From NCBI GenBank assembly GCA_050575255.1, contig JBNZDD010013653.1, forward strand, positions 944,469 through 1,008,468: 64,000 bases of DNA, read 5' to 3'. A program made the position numbers and the translations under genes. The notes beneath the pieces were generated by a model. It had not been told where the DNA came from. It did not search any database and worked only from the letters and a program-made list of their open reading frames with translations. Positions 61,353 through 64,000 of the stretch are shown here, one piece after another. Within the stretch, counting starts at the first letter, position 1, and every line of letters starts with the position of its first letter. This stretch comes from Harriotta raleighana (lineage: Eukaryota).

Positions 61353-61914
61353 TGAAAGGTGCTACATAAATGTAAGTTGTTTATGACTGGAATGCTATTG
61401 TATTTCGCATATTGGTGGTCTCAAGTCACCCCTCCCCTCACCCCACCATCCGCTCGAAAAAACAACTTATAATAACAATAACATTGGAGGTGATGGTATG
61501 ATACAGTATATTTTCAGCTCTTACATTACTCTCATCTTTATTTATTACCCTTTCAACTGAATCACATCATCTACCATGCTTGGTGCATCTGCTGCAGAAT
61601 GATTTTTTAAAAAGTCAAATACAAATTTTTTGGAAATAAACCATAGACTGTATCTTATAAATAATAAATAACTGGCAGTGCGTTTAATATAGTTTAAAGA
61701 GGTTCAAGTCTTGGGGTGAATAAATTCCATGATCATGGTTTATGGCATCATTGATTGAATTCCTATTTATAACTCACCACCAGTTCTCTGATATTCTACA
61801 GAAATATTTTTTTTACAGATTTTTGCCTGATAGATATGCATTACATTATTTTAATTCATGAGCAAAATTCTGAAGCACATCTGCAGCAAATGTTCATAGT
61901 TCTTGTTGTCAGTT

Positions 61915-62245
61915 TGACTCAATCTGCAGCACTGTTCCCTCTAGCTGAGAAGGATATGGGTTCAACTAAGGAATTAAGTCATAAACCAAGCTAATGCTTC
62001 AGTAGAATGCTGAAGGACTGCTGCAATATCAGTGATGTTGTCATTTGGATGCAATGCTGAACTGAGGTGCTATCTATCTGTCCGGTGGATGTTGAAAATC
62101 CCCTGGCACTATTCTGAATAGAATCAAGGTCTCGTAACGTTTTTCCCAACATCCCTGCCATATCCAAATCAGGAAAGCCAGATGAATTGGTAATTTATCC
62201 TAATGCTGTGGGACATTGCTGACTGGCATTTGCCCTTATAACAAT
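61915..62245 (+). mobile_element. Deu-domain SINE, diverged
   Basis: Head GACTCAATCTGCAGCACT..GGGTTCAA; core GTCATTTGGATGCAATGCTGAACTGAGG..GGTGGATGTTGAAAATCCCCTGGCACTATT. Confidence 0.7.
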
Positions 62246-62614
62246 AGACATGTACTGTTTGACAATGACACTATAATTAGCACAGAAGTGGGTTCCGGAG
62301 AGTAAGTTGATCTGAACTGGTTGTTCAATTGTCCAGAAAGCAATAAGATGTTCTTTAATGCTGCTAGAGCACAGAGCACTAAACTTTACGGTTTGGCAGA
62401 TATATAGGTGGGGCTCACTTCAAGATAGTTGACCAGAAAATATAATTTAGAGACGATCAATGATTACATTCTTGTGCTCCAAAAATAATGATAGGCAGCC
62501 ATTGCTAGGTCCCACTATGTGCTGCAATGAATAGCTTAGACAATAGGTTACTTATTTTTTAATAAAAAAATAGTTTTACATTATCCTGTGAATTGGTATG
62601 GTTCCATATGGAGT

Positions 62615-62985
62615 ATTTTATTTCCAGTTCTGGACCATGGACCTGGCTAAAGGTATAGAGGTACTGGGAACGGTGAAGAGAAGTGCTGCCAGGTTAATTC
62701 TGTTGCTTGGATGCAAGCCTTCAGTAAACATCTTGAGGTACTGGCCTGCTAATACAAGAAAATTGAGTTGATGTCTTGTTGACATCTATAAGATCCTTCA
62801 AAGAGTCAAGAAAATGTCAAATGGCAAAAACTGCAGTCAACACGGTTCCAGAAGCTGAGACCTTCAATCTGGAGACACAATCATTTAAGGTCGGATGTAA
62901 AGAAGAACCTCTTCATCCAAAGGGTGGTGGACATTTGGAACAGGCTCCCATGTGATACTATTTGTATGGTTTACATTTGGACAGA
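62615..62985 (+). mobile_element. CR1 fragment, old
   Basis: CCAGTTCTGGACC..TTCATCCAAAGGGTGGTGGACATTTGGAACAGGCTCCCA (QFW..FIQRVVDIWNRLP). Confidence 0.75.
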
Positions 62986-63654
62986 ATTTGTAAGTAAGAA
63001 AGGAAGAGAGAATCAAAAGCTTCAGACTGGTATGTGGTATCAATAATGGTGGAAAACTATTGATTACTCTGTATTTTTGCCTCCCTTACTAATAGGCTGA
63101 GTGGCCATCACCAGGAGTGATATGCATGTGTGGGAGGTAAAGTGGGGGAATTCTCCTAGGATCAGATTTAATGAGCCACTGCACATTTTTTATCACACTT
63201 TCCTGTCTGTATATTGATGTAATCACAAAATCGAAAATGGCTCACTGGCAAAAAGGCTACACAAGTGACACCTCAAAGGACCTTGAAATATAAAGCCAGA
63301 CTCCTCCACAAAATCCAATGTACGTCTCGCCAACTGATGCAAATTTGGCTCTTTAAAGTCACAGAAACAAGATGTTGTAGAGTTTATGACTGCAAACTGA
63401 GGAATGTAGTGAGCAAGTTTGCTTCTAGCAAGGTTGGCAGTTGAGTTTGCCATGGGTCTTGCCACATTGGCAGCAACATTCCCAGGACTGGAATCAGAAT
63501 TCCCGCTTTCTTTTCTTCTGATTTTATTACTTCAGTACTATATGATGTCAGTACAGAGGAACGCCTTACAAAATGCACTTTACTCTGTCCAGAAAAGTTA
63601 AGCTCTTGAGGAGGAACAAAAGGGGAAATAATGAGAATCAAATAAGACTCATTG

Positions 63655-63957
63655 TGGAGTACTATAGCTTAGTGATTAGAGTATTCACCTTACAAGCAAG
63701 AGACCTGGGTTTAATTCCCACTAGAGCAAAATGTTGGGCAAGTTTCCTTACTCTACATGCCTGATGATGCCTCAAGAAAAAACCCAATAATAAATTGGTC
63801 ACTTCAATCCCTGAATGTTTGTGGGACACTGCTGTGGACAATTGGCTTCCACATTTTGCCCACAAATGTTCAGTCAATTCATTTTACAGTATATTCTGTG
63901 AAGCACTTTGAGACATTTAGAAGACTTGAAAAGCGATATATCAAATGCAAGGATTAT
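63655..63957 (+). mobile_element. tRNA-derived SINE (SINE2-1_CM-like), full length
   Basis: Collinear with the 50401 copy. Confidence 0.9.
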
Positions 63958-64000
63958 CAAATACAAGGATTTTTCAGGAATAAGTGCTCAGATAGTTTAG

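Overview
Non-genic, AT-rich vertebrate genomic DNA, probably a large intron or gene desert. The repeat content (CR1 and L2 LINE 3' fragments, Deu-domain tRNA SINEs, a very abundant tRNA SINE with an L2-like tail) points to a cartilaginous fish, probably a chimaera; this is inferred from repeat families only. I found no supportable host protein-coding exon: every ORF with recognisable motifs is a LINE ORF2 remnant. The window also holds three TA-flanked Tc1/mariner (pogo/Tigger-type) MITEs, a 656-bp solo LTR with a 4-bp TSD, a nested TE pile-up at 44.5-46.5 kb, two N gaps and four duplications adjoining single Ns (likely assembly artefacts). The most interesting signal is an unclassified, highly diverged repeat ('family X', five copies). 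Four copies share a 3' end with an A-rich tail, and several stems are kept between copies with G-U-compatible changes, as expected for retroposed copies of a long structured RNA. Further observations are two more tentative diverged repeat pairs, several hairpin-dense unique segments, and a perfect 73-bp locally templated inverted insertion inside an L2. All alignments and folds were done by eye and need computational confirmation.
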